A stretch of DNA of 64,000 nt from Paraspadella gotoi (Eukaryota; Animalia; Chaetognatha), in contig CM119270.1 in assembly GCA_051294375.1 (NCBI GenBank), positions 19,943,160-20,007,159 of the forward strand. The letters run 5' to 3'. Position 1 is the first letter of the stretch, and every line of letters begins with the position of its first letter. The position numbers were made by a program, and so were the translations under genes. The notes beneath the pieces are model-generated. The model did no database searches, was not told where the DNA came from, and worked only from the letters and a program-made list of their open reading frames with translations. This document shows, piece after piece, positions 45,358-58,505 of this stretch.

Positions 45358-46777
45358 TCTTCTCTCTCTCTCTCTCTTTCTCTTTTCTCTCTCGTCGCGC
45401 GAAAGAAAACGTAAAAAAAAACCGAGTTATGAAATATCCTTGTTGTTCTATAAATTTTCTTTCCTTTTTTTCTCCTTTTTCCTTTCCTTTCCTTCCTTTC
45501 TTTTTTTTTCATCTTTTCTTAATTTCTCTTTCTTGTAATACCGAAGGTTATTTATCAATTTATAAAAAAAATTGACAATTATTTTATTAAGTTTTTTTTT
45601 TCTTAAGAACCTTTAAAAGTCTGGGGGAAAAAACAGCTTCGACTATAATTGTCACAATGTTTATCTTTTCAATACTAAAAAAAAAATAAAAACTCCAAAG
45701 AGTGTTCAAACTTACAAGATAATAAGAATATGTCTCACTCATTTCGTATTTATTTGGTCTCGCGTTTTATTTTCGATGAAACTAATTCTATATTTAACTA
45801 ATTGGAATACGAGGAGGATAAAAAAATTACATCATTGAAACTCTTATTAATTGTTACTGTTTCTTCAAATAATTGATAATTCATTGTTTTAAACTCCCAC
45901 CTTTCAATTCCTTCTTTCGCAGAACCGAATCAAATCAATCAATCAAGCATGTGGTAAGGAAAAAAACAAAAAACAAAAACAAAAGTGCACAAGCAACTGT
46001 TTTAAACCCCCATCTTTCGCCGGACGGATGAATCGCCCACGGGAATGGAGGAGAAACAACGAAAAAAAAAATCATTAATCAGTAATCTTCGTCACTAACT
46101 AACTAATAATAAATTAGGATATATATAAATATCAAGATCACGAAAGAGTAAATATAACACACGACGCTTTTAGCCGATAAATATTTAAATCCATCGTTCC
46201 TCTTCGTTTCTCTTCCTTCTTAAAAGCCTACACAATACAATCTTTTTTATACGTTTTTTGATTATTAATTTTTTTGCCTTATTATTTTTCCAAAAACAAA
46301 TTTATGACACGGCAAAAAATCAAAAAATAACTAATAAGCTACAAAATCAAACAGTAGATATCTGAACGTTTAAACTTGTTTTTTGTTTTACGTATATTTT
46401 TCTCCGAAATCTAATGTCGAATGTAATAACTGACGCCTTTCTCCTGTTATATAATTATAAAACCAAAAACAAACTTTAACCGACAAAACTAAAAAATACA
46501 ACTGAAAGAAGACAAAGTGTAACTAAAGGATTTTACAAAAAGAACGGAGATAAAAAAAAAACAAAAAAAAAACAAAAAAACAAACAAACATCGAAATATA
46601 AAAAAAAAGATCAAAGGGAGACGTCAGCGCCCGACATAAAACATTAATAAGATAAAACAACAACAAAAACGGAATTACAAAAAAAAACAACAAACAAAAC
46701 ACACACACAAAAAAACGGAAACACGAAGCCCCCGCAATCCATAAAGCGACAAAGGCCCGGGTCTCCTCGACCGAAAA

Positions 46778-49700
46778 ATGAGAACCTTTATGTTGGGTGA
46801 CGAAATATCGAAAAAAAATATCCGTTGTTTTCGCAGCATCATCGACGCCAAGAATCCCCGGTTCGTCGTCGCCGGGGCGATCGGCCAATCGCCGGCCGAG
46901 CTCCAGCCGAACGTCCAATCAAAAACGGCCGGACATCATCTCGGCCAATCGGCTTCGCGGAAAACCAAGCGAGTTCGCTCATTGGTCGCCGCCTTCCTCT
47001 TCCTCTTCCTCCTCGGCTCGAACGCGACGCCGACTCGTCGCAACGACGTGGAGCAGGAGGAAGTTATATTGGAGCATCTCAACAGACAATTGTCGCCCGC
47101 GCTGAAAGACAGTTGAGTGGGGCTGTGGTGGCGTTGAAGTTGGGGATAGTGGGGGACGTGGAAAGTTTTGTGGGCTGATGAAGATGATTATGGATGGATT
47201 GAAAATATTAGGGACTGGTATTGTGTTCGCCAGTTGTGGCACCGGTTACAGGCAGGGCGAATTATTTGTGAGGGGCTTGCCTTTATGCCTTTATGGTTTG
47301 AGGAAACCGCATCGCTTTTCCTTTCCTTTGATCTAAATGTGAGCAAAAAGTAAAAAAAAGTGTAAATTAAGTAAACATTTTAAAACTCCTTACCCTCAAA
47401 TTTTGTTCCTAGGACCGCACTGTCCGGCCACGCGCCCGTTCCTCTGTCCGGACTCAAACATCTGCATCTCACTTATTTATCTCTGCGACGATTCGCCGGG
47501 CGATTGCCCCAACAATCTCGATGAAGATTCACAGCTCTGCACCGCGAGTGAGTTCAACTTGTGAAAAGAATTCCCCCCCCACAAAAAAAATTATGCTTTT
47601 TGGTGACAACTGTGAAAAAAAATCTTCAGTCTGTGTGAAGTCTTTTGATGAATTCTCAGCCTCTGCGGTTCACATACTGTTAGTTGATCAAATTCAAATC
47701 TGAAACCAAAAAGAAACAGCTCGTGCAAAAAATAGGCAAATGTTACTGTTTAAATTCTCAGTCAGTTTTTTTTTATAATTAGTGATAACAATCTATTCCT
47801 TAGTACCGCTCAAACGTTTTGGATTAGGAGGTAAATTAGATTAAGGGTGAAGGTTTTGGATTAGGGTTAGAAATTACGATTTGGAATTAATTCAAGGATT
47901 TGGGCAATATCAGTAAACAGTGCCCATTTTTCCCCTTGACGTCTCACAGAGAAGCGGTTTGCGGTGGACGCGATGGAACTTTTCCTCGAGGCCCTCGGGA
48001 TGAAGACGGTGTTGCCCGTCTTCGGGAAGGCGGCCGCAGACATCGTCAGCAATGAAGGCGGATACCTGGAGATCGCCAACGCCTTTGCCAGTAAGATGGT
48101 GGCTTTGTGGCATTGCCAGTTTAAGGTGGTGTTGGTCGATGATTAATACGTCATTAATATGCGTTGTAGGGATAAAGAAGTTAGTGAAATAAATGGTTGG
48201 TTATTGGTGATATAGTTTTGAAATAAAATTAATTGGTGGCAATTTTTTTCAAAAAAAGCGATGGATGACATATCAATAGCAAAAATAATCGAGTTATCTA
48301 AACATGAACAGATAAGCAATATTTTTTAAATTAAGATTAAAATGGCTCAAGAGTCACGAGAGACCTACAAAGCTTATTTATTAAATATTCATTAAGTATT
48401 TCAAATTATATATTTATTTGCTTCGTTTCCATTTTCCCATTCTCCCATTTTCCCATTCTTCCATTTTCCCATTTTCCCATTTTCCCATTTTCCCATTTTC
48501 CCATTTTCCCATTTTCCCATTCTCCCATTCTCCCATTTTCCCATTCTCCCATTTTCCCATTTTCCCATTTCCCATTCTTCGCCAATTTTCCTTTCCCATA
48601 ATCTTCCCATTTTCCCATTTCCCATTCTCCCATTTTCCATTTTCCCATTTCCCATTTTCACTTCCATCTCTCCCATTTTCCCATTGTTCCCATTCTCCCA
48701 TTTCTTCCCATTTCCCATTTTTCCATATTCCCATTCCCATTTTCCCCATTTTCCACTATTATCCATTTCATTTTCCCATTTCATTCTCCATGTTTCCATT
48801 TTCCCATTCGTTCCCATTCTCCCATTTTCCCCTGATGTTTCCCATTTCCCATTTTCTCCCAGTTCCATTTCCCATTTACCCATTTTCCCATTTTCCATAT
48901 TTTCCCATTCTCCCATTTTCCCTATTTTCTATCTTCGAGTTCTCTCCATTCTTCTCGCCAGTATTTCCCATTTTCCAAACATTCTCATTTTTCATCTCGC
49001 ATTTTCCCATCTCCTCCCTTTCTCTCTTCATATCCCAATTCCTTTCCTTCACTTAATTCCGCATTCTCCATTCGCGATCGTATTCTCCCATTCTCCCTCA
49101 CCTTTCTCCACATTATTCCCATCAACATATTTCCACATTTCACTGCACCAGACAAAACGGAATATCGACTCGACATAAAAAACATTGGAATGTCTACAGG
49201 CAGACATGGAGAACTTAAGGGTCAGAATTATTATATTATTTTACTCTTTGCCAAGAGTTTTTTTAATAGTTCTCTAATATATAAGCGTTTTTATTCGAAA
49301 TACAGCGAAATAATTGTTTATATAACATACATTAAAAGAAAGCACGCATAACTTAATTGTCCTAAAAAAAATAATGGTATAAATTCTTTAAAGGTCCGGG
49401 ATCACTCAATTCAAATTATAATTAGGCTAAAAACCGAGCTCGGATTTCGAAAGGAGAGCTCCTGACGATTCCGAAAATGTATTCACTTTACTATTTTTTC
49501 AAAGGCGTTATCGCTTTTTCGATTTTTTTGGTACTATATAAAATAAAAGAAACCTATTTGAAGAGTTGCAGCCCAAACGGTAAGGCGGTTTCTCATGAAA
49601 TTTGGCATGGATTACTTTTAGGTCACGAACTCCAATTCTATGAAAAGATACTTTCAAAATTTGCCTTCCTTCATAGAAAATTTGATTATTTTAGTCAATT

Positions 49701-51031
49701 TTTGGGATAAATTCCTTGATATCTTTGAAACGAAAAACATTTTTCCAAAAAACGCGCTCATAGAATCTCCCCCACCTTTCCTTTCTTGCCCAAGAATATT
49801 TTTTTCTTCAAGAAGAGTCCAACGGTTTTGAGCTGCAACTCTTTTAACTTCACTTCGTCAAGAAAAGTTAAATTCTGTACTCATTACTTTTGCAAGATTC
49901 ACCACAACATACACAAGCACGGGATGTGATGATGGAGTTTGTTCAACGCCGATGTCTTAAAAAAATGGCTTACTGTTTTTAATTTTTTTAAATTCAGATT
50001 TGATTTTTTTTTTCAGAGATTTCCTAGAAAATAGGCAACTATTTTATGATATTAACATTTATATAAAGTAAAAAGACAAATTGAAATAAATTCGATAAGT
50101 TTTTTAACTCATAAAACTCATAAAAGCATAAAAACCCATATGAAAAATGTGTAGAGTAGTTTGTTTTAGACTTATTAGTGATACAACTCCAAGTATGGAC
50201 TTGTACCAAAGGAAGAATTAAATATAAGAAGTAGAAATTGAGCTTACTGTAAAAGAATCAGTTTTAAGTAAAAAATTTGGTTGTAGAAATTTAGCTTACA
50301 TTTAAAAAAATATTTTTCTCTTGAAAATCTAGTTTTACCGAAGAAAAAAAATTGTTTAAATTTTTATGAACATTTTAGGTAGATTTTTAAAAGTTTTCGA
50401 TTATTTTTTAATAGAAAACCTCTAACAAAGATGTGAGAAAATGATTAAGATACAGTAAATTAAGATTTCTACAATATTAGATTGAGTGATCCCTGGCCTT
50501 AATATTTTTTCCAACTTAAAATCTTTGAATTAAAATACGATTAGTAAACATAGTTTTTACGTCATGGTACCAAAAAAAAAGCGTAATACACCAATACTTT
50601 CTCAACGATTGTATCCAATATATTTTCAAATATACCCGCATTTATTAATGTCACGTTAAAGTAACTTTGTAACTTCGCAACCTAGCATTCATAATAACCT
50701 TGTTGATTCTTATTCATTATTCTTTCCTCCTCATTCTTTCTTTCATTCATTCATTCATTCATTCATTCATTCATTCATTCATTCATTTCCTCATTCATTC
50801 ATTCTTATTAATTCATTAATTCATTCATTTCCTCATTCATTCATTCATTCTCATTCATTCATTCATTCTTATTCATTATTCTTTTCCCTGCATCTTTCTT
50901 TTCAGGATACTGAAGAAGCGTTACGTAATGGAAACAATACCAAGCTGAGGAGAAAGAGTGTTCCTGAAAATATCATCACAGACTTGAGATTTTTTTTCGG
51001 AAAATTACGCGACACGGGATTTTTTGAATGA
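46778..51031 (+). CDS. Prohormone-4 / IDLSRF-like peptide precursor homologue (LDLa domain), 5 coding exons, ~267 aa
   Basis: GT-AG exons: 46778-47111 (hydrophobic SLVAAFLFLFLLGSNA); 47413-47547 (PHCPATRPFLCPDSNICISLIYLCDDSPGDCPNNLDEDSQLCTA, LDLa); 47950-48090 (KKRFAVDAMELFLEALGMKTVLPVFGKAAADIVSNEGGYLEIANAFA); 49152-49220 (...ADMENLR, needs one indel in noisy sequence); 50906-51031 (DTEEALRNG...DLRFFFGKLRDTGFFE*). This matches the recalled prohormone-4 pattern LCTAAKR...SDLEHLR...DVKFFLEKLVNTGFLD. Confidence 0.85.
48428..49135. repeat. (CCCATTTT)n octamer array decaying toward the 3' end, in intron 3 of the prohormone-4-like gene
   Basis: Directly visible; source of the MGKWENG / FPFSH ORFs. 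Confidence 0.95.
49392..50498. mobile_element. 1.1-kb non-autonomous TTAA-targeting DNA transposon (Kolobok-like) in intron 4
   Basis: TTAA|AGGTCCGGGATCACTCAAT ... ATTGAGTGATCCCTGGCC|TTAA. Internal inverted pair AAGAGTTGCAGC (49561) / GCTGCAACTCTT (~49832). No ORF. Confidence 0.7.
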
Positions 51032-54000
51032 AAGGTGAGTTCATGAGCGACTGAGGAGTGAGGACTTACCCTGAACAACATTCACGGGGCTCATTGGCTG
51101 ACTGCGAGGATGCGACTCATAAATACCCACAATGGGGCGTGTAGAGAGATGACGGGCCTCCTTAGAATCCCCAAAAAACCCCCCATTGTTATACATGGCT
51201 GAATGGATAAAGGAATAATATTATATTAATTAATAATTAATAAGGTTATATTAATTTTAGCAGTCATTAAAAACATTAAAAATAAAAGTAAATTTAGCTG
51301 AGTTAAAATTTATATATTTTTTTATTCATTTAATTTTTTTGCTATTTTTTTTTTCTTCAAGGGTCAGTCCCGGGCCCCCCATGAAACTTGGGTCCCAGGA
51401 CTCCTATCCACGCCCCTTCTTTCCTGCGACATAACTCTTGTGACTACCGAACACTTCCTTTTAACTAGTGACTTTTTATCCACAACGAACATCGACCTAA
51501 CTAGACCTCACCTTTGACTAACTAGACCTCACCTTTAACCCTTTATTAACGATTCTTTATTTTCTTCATAGGATCACGACTTTGGCGCATCCCCTACGCG
51601 TAGAACTTCACTTTTCTTTTTTAAATAAGTTATAAAAACAAAAACAAAATAGCATCGAAATATTATTAGTGCGAAACCTATTTGGGATTTCGATATTATT
51701 GTTTTACAGGATGACCGGTTTCTTTGCACTGTAGCTTTAGATAAAAATAAATTTTACTAAGAATATTAGGTGAATAAAAAAAAATAATTAAGCCCAGCGA
51801 TATAAGCGTCGTATTTATCGTTCAGTTTTTAGCGTCGAATTCGGTAACATATTTGCCTCATGTTTTACGTTATTTTTCTTCTCTTTGTCACTATTTTTTT
51901 TTCACCATGAGGCAAGGTCAGTTATAAAGTCAGACTTAAAAGATAAAAAAAAAAAAGTCTCCACGCCCTAGATGGATACTTTTTTTTTGGGGGGGGGGTA
52001 ATTATCCAAAAATCTCGGTTTTACTTGATGTTTTTTCGATAAAGTGTCATAATCCTCCAAAGACCCGCGAGTTTATTATAAATCCTAATGTCTCAATTGA
52101 GCTTGATATGTTTGCTTTGCCCTCGTTACGCTACAACGCAGAATTAAAGAGAAAAAAAAAGGTTAAAAACCATTAGATCTTCCTTTTTTTTTTAAAACAA
52201 AAACAAGCAAACTTTTGTTTTGATATTTTTCCTAAATCCCTTTTGTGATTGTGACTCCCTGTAGTGATTAAAAAAAAAAGCTTAGGTGGTCAGAAACTGT
52301 CGTCCGCAGTCAACATGCACTCTAATACATACTCTATCCATTCCAGATCACATTAAACTATAGCGCGGATTTACCAAAAGCAAATTGAAAAAAAAAGGGA
52401 TTTGATTAATTAAATTTTTTTTCTCAAAAATAAATTCTTTAAATGAAAGCAAATAATTAAAGCGAAAGATGTTGCTTCATAGAAATTCTTTAAATGAAAG
52501 CTAAGAATAAAGGAAAGATATTGCTTCATAAATCCGCTCACTGAGACGCAAGTTAGTTGATCCTTGTTATGAACATGTGTGGCGAACCATGATCCCCGTC
52601 TAGTGTAGCCGTGTAAGAATCGCGCAACCCCTCCAAAAAAAGTTTTGTACTCTCCCATTTAGGACAAAAAACAAAAAAAAAATTCAAACGCCGCCAAAAT
52701 AAGTATTTATTCTTAAGACAATTTTACAAAAACGACCAGTAATAAAGCTTATAAAAGTTATATCGAGCTGTAATTTACAATTTTTTCAATTTTACTTTGG
52801 TATTTTGCGGCACAAAAAACACTGGACTTAATCATCGTAGCGTAAAAAATAGTGATTTTTGTCTCTTAGTTAAATGTTGATATTTTTCCGAATGTTATTT
52901 TTTCTCCTTGATTTTCCTTCCTATTCACACTTTGATTGAACGATCACACAAATTCACCCGGTTCAGTTGATCCCTAGTAACAACCTTAACAACCAACAAA
53001 ACACTCACACACGATTATAAAATTTTTTTGGCGGTGGCTTTAAACAGGCGGTTTTTTATTTTGCCAAAAAAAAAAAAAAAAATAGTATTAAATGATTTCT
53101 CTACCAAATTCCAACTGTCGTAGAAATAAACAAAATAACTATGAAAATACTGTGTTCAAGCCTGAGATTGTTTATTCCACTGCTAAAAGCAACTTTCTTT
53201 GCTTTTTTTGTACAGCTTCTTTGTGGCCAGCCTCTCGCCTTTTTGCTCTTTCGCTTTTTCTCCAAACCTGCTCTAACAGTTTTAATATATTTTGCTAGTA
53301 GAATTCGGAAAAATTAACAGAAAAGTATGAAAGAAGAAAACATTTTCTGTCACAGCAGGTTTAAGTGTTTATTTAGCATTTTCATATTATTTTTTTACTC
53401 AATACTTGGTCTACTCCCTTTAATAAACATTTTCCCCCAGAACTTAGAATCTAACAATGTTTTTTACAAAAAAACTTTTCTTTCCAAGGGTTTTCCCAAA
53501 TTTTTATTTGTTCAAAATGAAAATTGGCCGGAGGAGTCCACTATGGTTTATATATATACATTTAACTATATATATATGCATTTTGCTTTTTATTTCGAAT
53601 CCATAATCTGTATCCTCTTTTTCAGAAAAAAAAAGACAATGTATATCACTCATCAAAGGTTTCATTTCTGTGATTGATGACATTGTTTATTTAACAATGA
53701 AAAAGTTTCCCCCCCTTTCCAATCTGGATTTAAGCCGTTGGAGCTCTCTCCCTTAAAACGTCCCCTTAAATGCGATCCATCTTGCAACGCATGTTCTTTG
53801 GCCTTTTGACCTTTTGTCCTCCTTTCATCCTCGCCATCTATAATAACTGTTTCGACTTTACTCATTTCCTTTATCTTTTCTCTTTTTTTAAATATATTTT
53901 TATACTTTAAGATCAATTTTTTAAACCGTTTCGAGATCAAATTATTGAGCATCCAGATCTCATTTTTTTTTCCATTTCTCTGCATAGAATTACTTTACAG

Positions 54001-56508
54001 TAATCGACGTTATAGTTTTGTTTTTACAATTCGCGGTTTTTAATCTCTTTGTGATCATTATTCTAAAGCCAAACTCCATGACCGTTATTGGATTTTGTCA
54101 GTTAATCGGAAAAAAATCCCCTTTTTTTCTCAAACCGATAAAACGAATTTTATCCCTATGTATGCATCGCGCTGTTGCTTAAACCTTTGTCAAATCGCTG
54201 GTCACTTCTCTTTTACGTTATATTCATTAATACTCGTTTGTATTGGTAACTAAATCAAATCAAAAACACATACCAAAAAAAAAAACGTTTTGCGTGGAGG
54301 CATTAAAACGGCAAGAATAAAAAATAAATTTCATTGTCGTTTGTCGAAGAAATTGCTATTTTGTATCGATAGGATATTTTTTGCAATTGTATTATATCAC
54401 GAAAAAAAAACCCTAAATGCACATACCTCTAAATCTAGTAAATCTCTAATTGTATTCACGTACCAAAAAAAAATCGTTCTGCTAACAGCTGAAAATCAAA
54501 ATAAACTATTACGCCTCTGGCGAGAGAAAAAAAATCAAAAGAAACCTTTCTGAGCAACAAGACAAAAAAAATAAATAAAAGAACAAAATATTTCAGAAAA
54601 GGATAATTGACACATTGAGTCTTTTCTTCAGATTTTTGACTTTCCTGGGACTTCATTCAATGACCACAAAGCCTAAAAATGTTTCATCTTGGCTTAAGAT
54701 TTACTCACTTCATTTTTCATTTCATTTTCCATCTTGAAAAAAAAATGAAGCTAAATAAATAAATCTGAGGAAACTTTCTCGATCGCAGATTTATCCTCTG
54801 ACTCAAAATAATAAAATATCAAATAATCAATCGTACGGTACATTTTTTTACGAGACTTGATATTTATATATAAATATTTAATTAAAATAATCCCTCCACA
54901 CGTTCCTCAATTGGAAACGCCACCCAGTTTTAGCGATATTGTTCATTTATCTTTTTTTTTTTAAATAAGCACCCGCTTTTTTTTTTGTGCGGTTAAGATG
55001 CCCGCGCTCGACGCAAGAGAGCCTGGCGGAATCTGCAACAAAACACCAAATTACAAACAAACATATCATTGTACAAAAAACAAATAAAAATAAAGAAGTA
55101 TTGATTTTTGTTCTCGTGATGCCTGTCGAATAGACATATCGTTTTCATTGTAATTTGTAATTGATATATCGAATGTTATTTTTTAGTTCTTTGCTCAATT
55201 ACAATAAAACAAAAAAAAACAAAAAATACCCAATCAAAATAATGAATATTGATTACATTTCGAAAAGTATAAGGTAAATAAAAACAGAGCGCACGTAACG
55301 TAGTTAGATCGTGATAATTCGTTACTGTGCTATTAATATTACCTAAAAGCAAATGCATAAACTTGTAAAGGAGACTTCCTGACGAATTACAATCTTTCTC
55401 CAACATTTTTTTACTGATTTCTGTTCAATATTGTGTATTTGAGCTATGTATCAGCAAAGCGATGATATATATACTGAGATGCACTAAAGTAAAACCTTAA
55501 AAGCTCAAAAAATTGTTCTTATCAAAAAAAGTCAGTAACGAAAAAAATATTTAGATTCTCCGATCAAAAGTGAAAAATCCGGTCAACATTTCGAGTCAAA
55601 AGTCGGTGAAGTTTGCCGCGTGACTCAGTGAGGTCGTGAGCTTTCGATTGATTCACTCGTCAGATTAACGAACTTTAAATGAGTTTTTCTAAGAAAAGTT
55701 TAATTTAGGTTAGTGAGGCAGCAACATTATTTTTTACTTTTTACAATTAATTAATTAATTAATTATTTAAGCAATTAATTTACAGTTAAATGTTTCTAAA
55801 GAACCAAATTTTGTAATTTGTGGAGAGTAAAGTTGAAAATCGATCTTAGTATTTTCCTCCGTAGGTTTTCGTCGTCGTCGTCTTCTTCATCTTCGTCGTC
55901 GTCATCGTCGTCGTCGTCGCCGTCAGCTTTGATGATCGAGAGAGAAAACCCAGTTGGTTGAAGTCGAAGCTCGTATTCGATGCAAGATCGAATTTGTGTG
56001 TGGAGGGGGCGGGGCATGTGTGGGGATGGGAGATGGTGAGATTGGGGGGGGCGGAGACAGAAGGTGGGGGAGGGGGAAATGCAATCCAAACTCAGGATCG
56101 AAGCCGCAGCCAACAACCACCAGTGAATTCACTGTGAAATCAGTGAATGCAAAACTCGTAACTGCGTTCCGTTTTCAAAAAGATATATTTTCTTATCGTG
56201 CGCGTTTTTACATTCGCTTAACATTTAGGGAAAAAAATTATTTTGTATTTTGTTGAATTAAAAACGTTTTTAACTTCGAAGTCTTGAAAACAACAGCGTG
56301 ACTTGAAAGAATCTTTTTTTGACATTTTTAATAACAAAAGCGATTTCAGAAAAACGACTAGAAAAATCTTACGCGATTAGACGAATTTTAAGGTGTATTA
56401 CAAATGTTTCAAGTAAATAATAATGAAATTATAACGCGAAGATTATATGAATAAAAAAAAATTTAAGAAAGGTGAGAAAGAGAGCAGAGAGAGAGAGAGA
56501 GAGAGAAA

Positions 56509-56600
<92 letters not shown>

Positions 56601-57261
56601 AAAAGAAAATAAACTCAAAAGTTCCAAGAAAGAAAAACCGAGCGACGATGACGATGACGTTGACACGAAAAAAGTAAACAAAAACAAAAACAAGATAAAA
56701 CTAAAAAAAAACAACCAACAACAACAACAACAAAACAACAGAAACAACGCGTTTCTCAGTTTTCGTTTCGTTTTTATCGAATTCAATTCGCGATTCACTA
56801 TAAGAAACTCAACCGAAGCGAAAAAAGCAATAAATGTTTTTCTCTTTTTTTTAAAAAAAGAAAATTTTATCGAAAGCAGATATTTTTTTTATGTAAGTCG
56901 TTTCTTTTTGTCGACAAAACAGTCGGACTGGCGCAGCTGTTTCCACGTAATACAGACGTTTTCGTTCTGAGGTTGTTTCTTTTAACTTGTTCATCATCTC
57001 GTGAATATTATCAATTATCTATTTGATGGGGAAGCCAAGGGAATGAACTTGCATGATCTTGCTATGAAATTGGTACAAACAATATAATTAGTCTCCATTC
57101 ATTTAATAAATAAATAACTAAATAAATAAGCTATCTTATGTTATCTTATTTCATGTTATTGTTAGGAAAGATTGAGTCCTTCACCTACTAAAGCCAAAAG
57201 GTCAGATAGCTTCTTTATTCAATAAAAAATCATAGCAATTTCATGTATTGTATCTTTTTTT

Positions 57262-57465
57262 TACACCAATCACAAGTCCCAATTTTTTTTTCCAGCCAAT
57301 CAGGAGCTTCCTTTTTCCGCCGTTGTTTCCGTCGTTGTCCATCCTACGCGGAAGCGGTCTTCAGGGAATCCGCTGCCAAAACGGGAAAGCGGTTTTCGTA
57401 GAAGCGGTTCGCGGTGGAAGCGGTCTTCAGATTTAAAGGAAGCGGTCTCCAGCGAAGCGGTCAAC
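57262..57465 (+). promoter_or_regulatory. Putative promoter of coiled-coil gene A: CCAAT boxes plus six AAGCGGT motifs
   Basis: CCAAT at 57266 and 57296. (G)AAGCGGT at 57351, 57387, 57401, 57417, 57439 and 57454, 170-290 bp upstream of the ATG. Confidence 0.45.
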
Positions 57466-57634
57466 AAGTTAAAAAAAAAAAAAAAATAACGCTTCCATCA
57501 AACTAAGAATTTCAAAATTTTGTTTATTTACTCTACCTGACCACTCGATCGAACTCATCGACCGGATTACTCGACCGAGCCACTCGACCAAACGACTCGA
57601 CCTTCTCTCTCTCTCGAACCGGTCGACGACGAGG

Positions 57635-58433
57635 ATGCCGGAAATGACGGAGGCGGAGCTGGAGAAGCTGGAGAAGAGATGCGAAGCGGTGAAGTCGACG
57701 CGACAGAAGATCGAAGAGGAAAACGAAAAGATGGAGTTGGAATTGAAAGACGCGAGATCCCAGTTGAATAAGATGACGGAGGGAAAGGGGAATTTTGAAC
57801 AGCAATTGGTGCAGGTGAATTCAATCAAGGTCGAGAGAATCAGACAGATGCATGAACCAATTTAGGGAAAGACGGACAGACTGACTCTGAGATAGGCCGT
57901 CCCATAATCAGAAAGACAAAAAGATAGAAAAACAGAAATAACAGTCGTGCCAAATACTTTTCAAACTCACCTGACCCTTACCTTTTTTATTTCACGTCAC
58001 ACTGCAATCCACGCGATTACACACTATTTTCTTCCCACACTTTTCGCCCACACTCTCTGCCGCGTACATTCTCTCACCACACCATCCCACACACACTCTC
58101 CCACCACAGCTGGACTTGGACGCCAACTCCAAACGCGTGGCGATGAAAGACGCAGAGAAAATGTTCAACCGCGAGAAGGAAGATCATCGGCGGGCGGTGG
58201 AGGACCTCAAGCAAATGGGGCGCGACCAGTTGCGCGCCTTGCAGAAGGTGGTCGAGTTGATTGCCGTGTGGTGGGAGAGGAAGAGGATTTAAAGGGGTGG
58301 GGTTGGCTGTTGTTGTTTGGAATTTAGATTTTTCATGTAGTAATAAGTTTGTTACATCTAGAGTGTTTAATAATGATTGGAATTAATTGGAATTATAATT
58401 ATAATAACGTTGATAATAATAATAATAATAATG

Positions 58434-58505
<72 letters not shown>

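Noticed and set aside
48401-49178. 212-aa and 171-aa repeat-protein ORFs (MGKWENG/FPFSH)
   Set aside because: Translations of the intronic CCCATTTT array.
55632-55668. Minus-strand hammerhead-like CTGACGA...CGAAAGCTCA
   Set aside because: Core boxes are present but stems I and II do not pair convincingly.
55796-56116. Acidic minus-strand ORF (DDDDEDEE)
   Set aside because: Driven by a (GAC/GAT)n microsatellite; no splice partners or homology evident.
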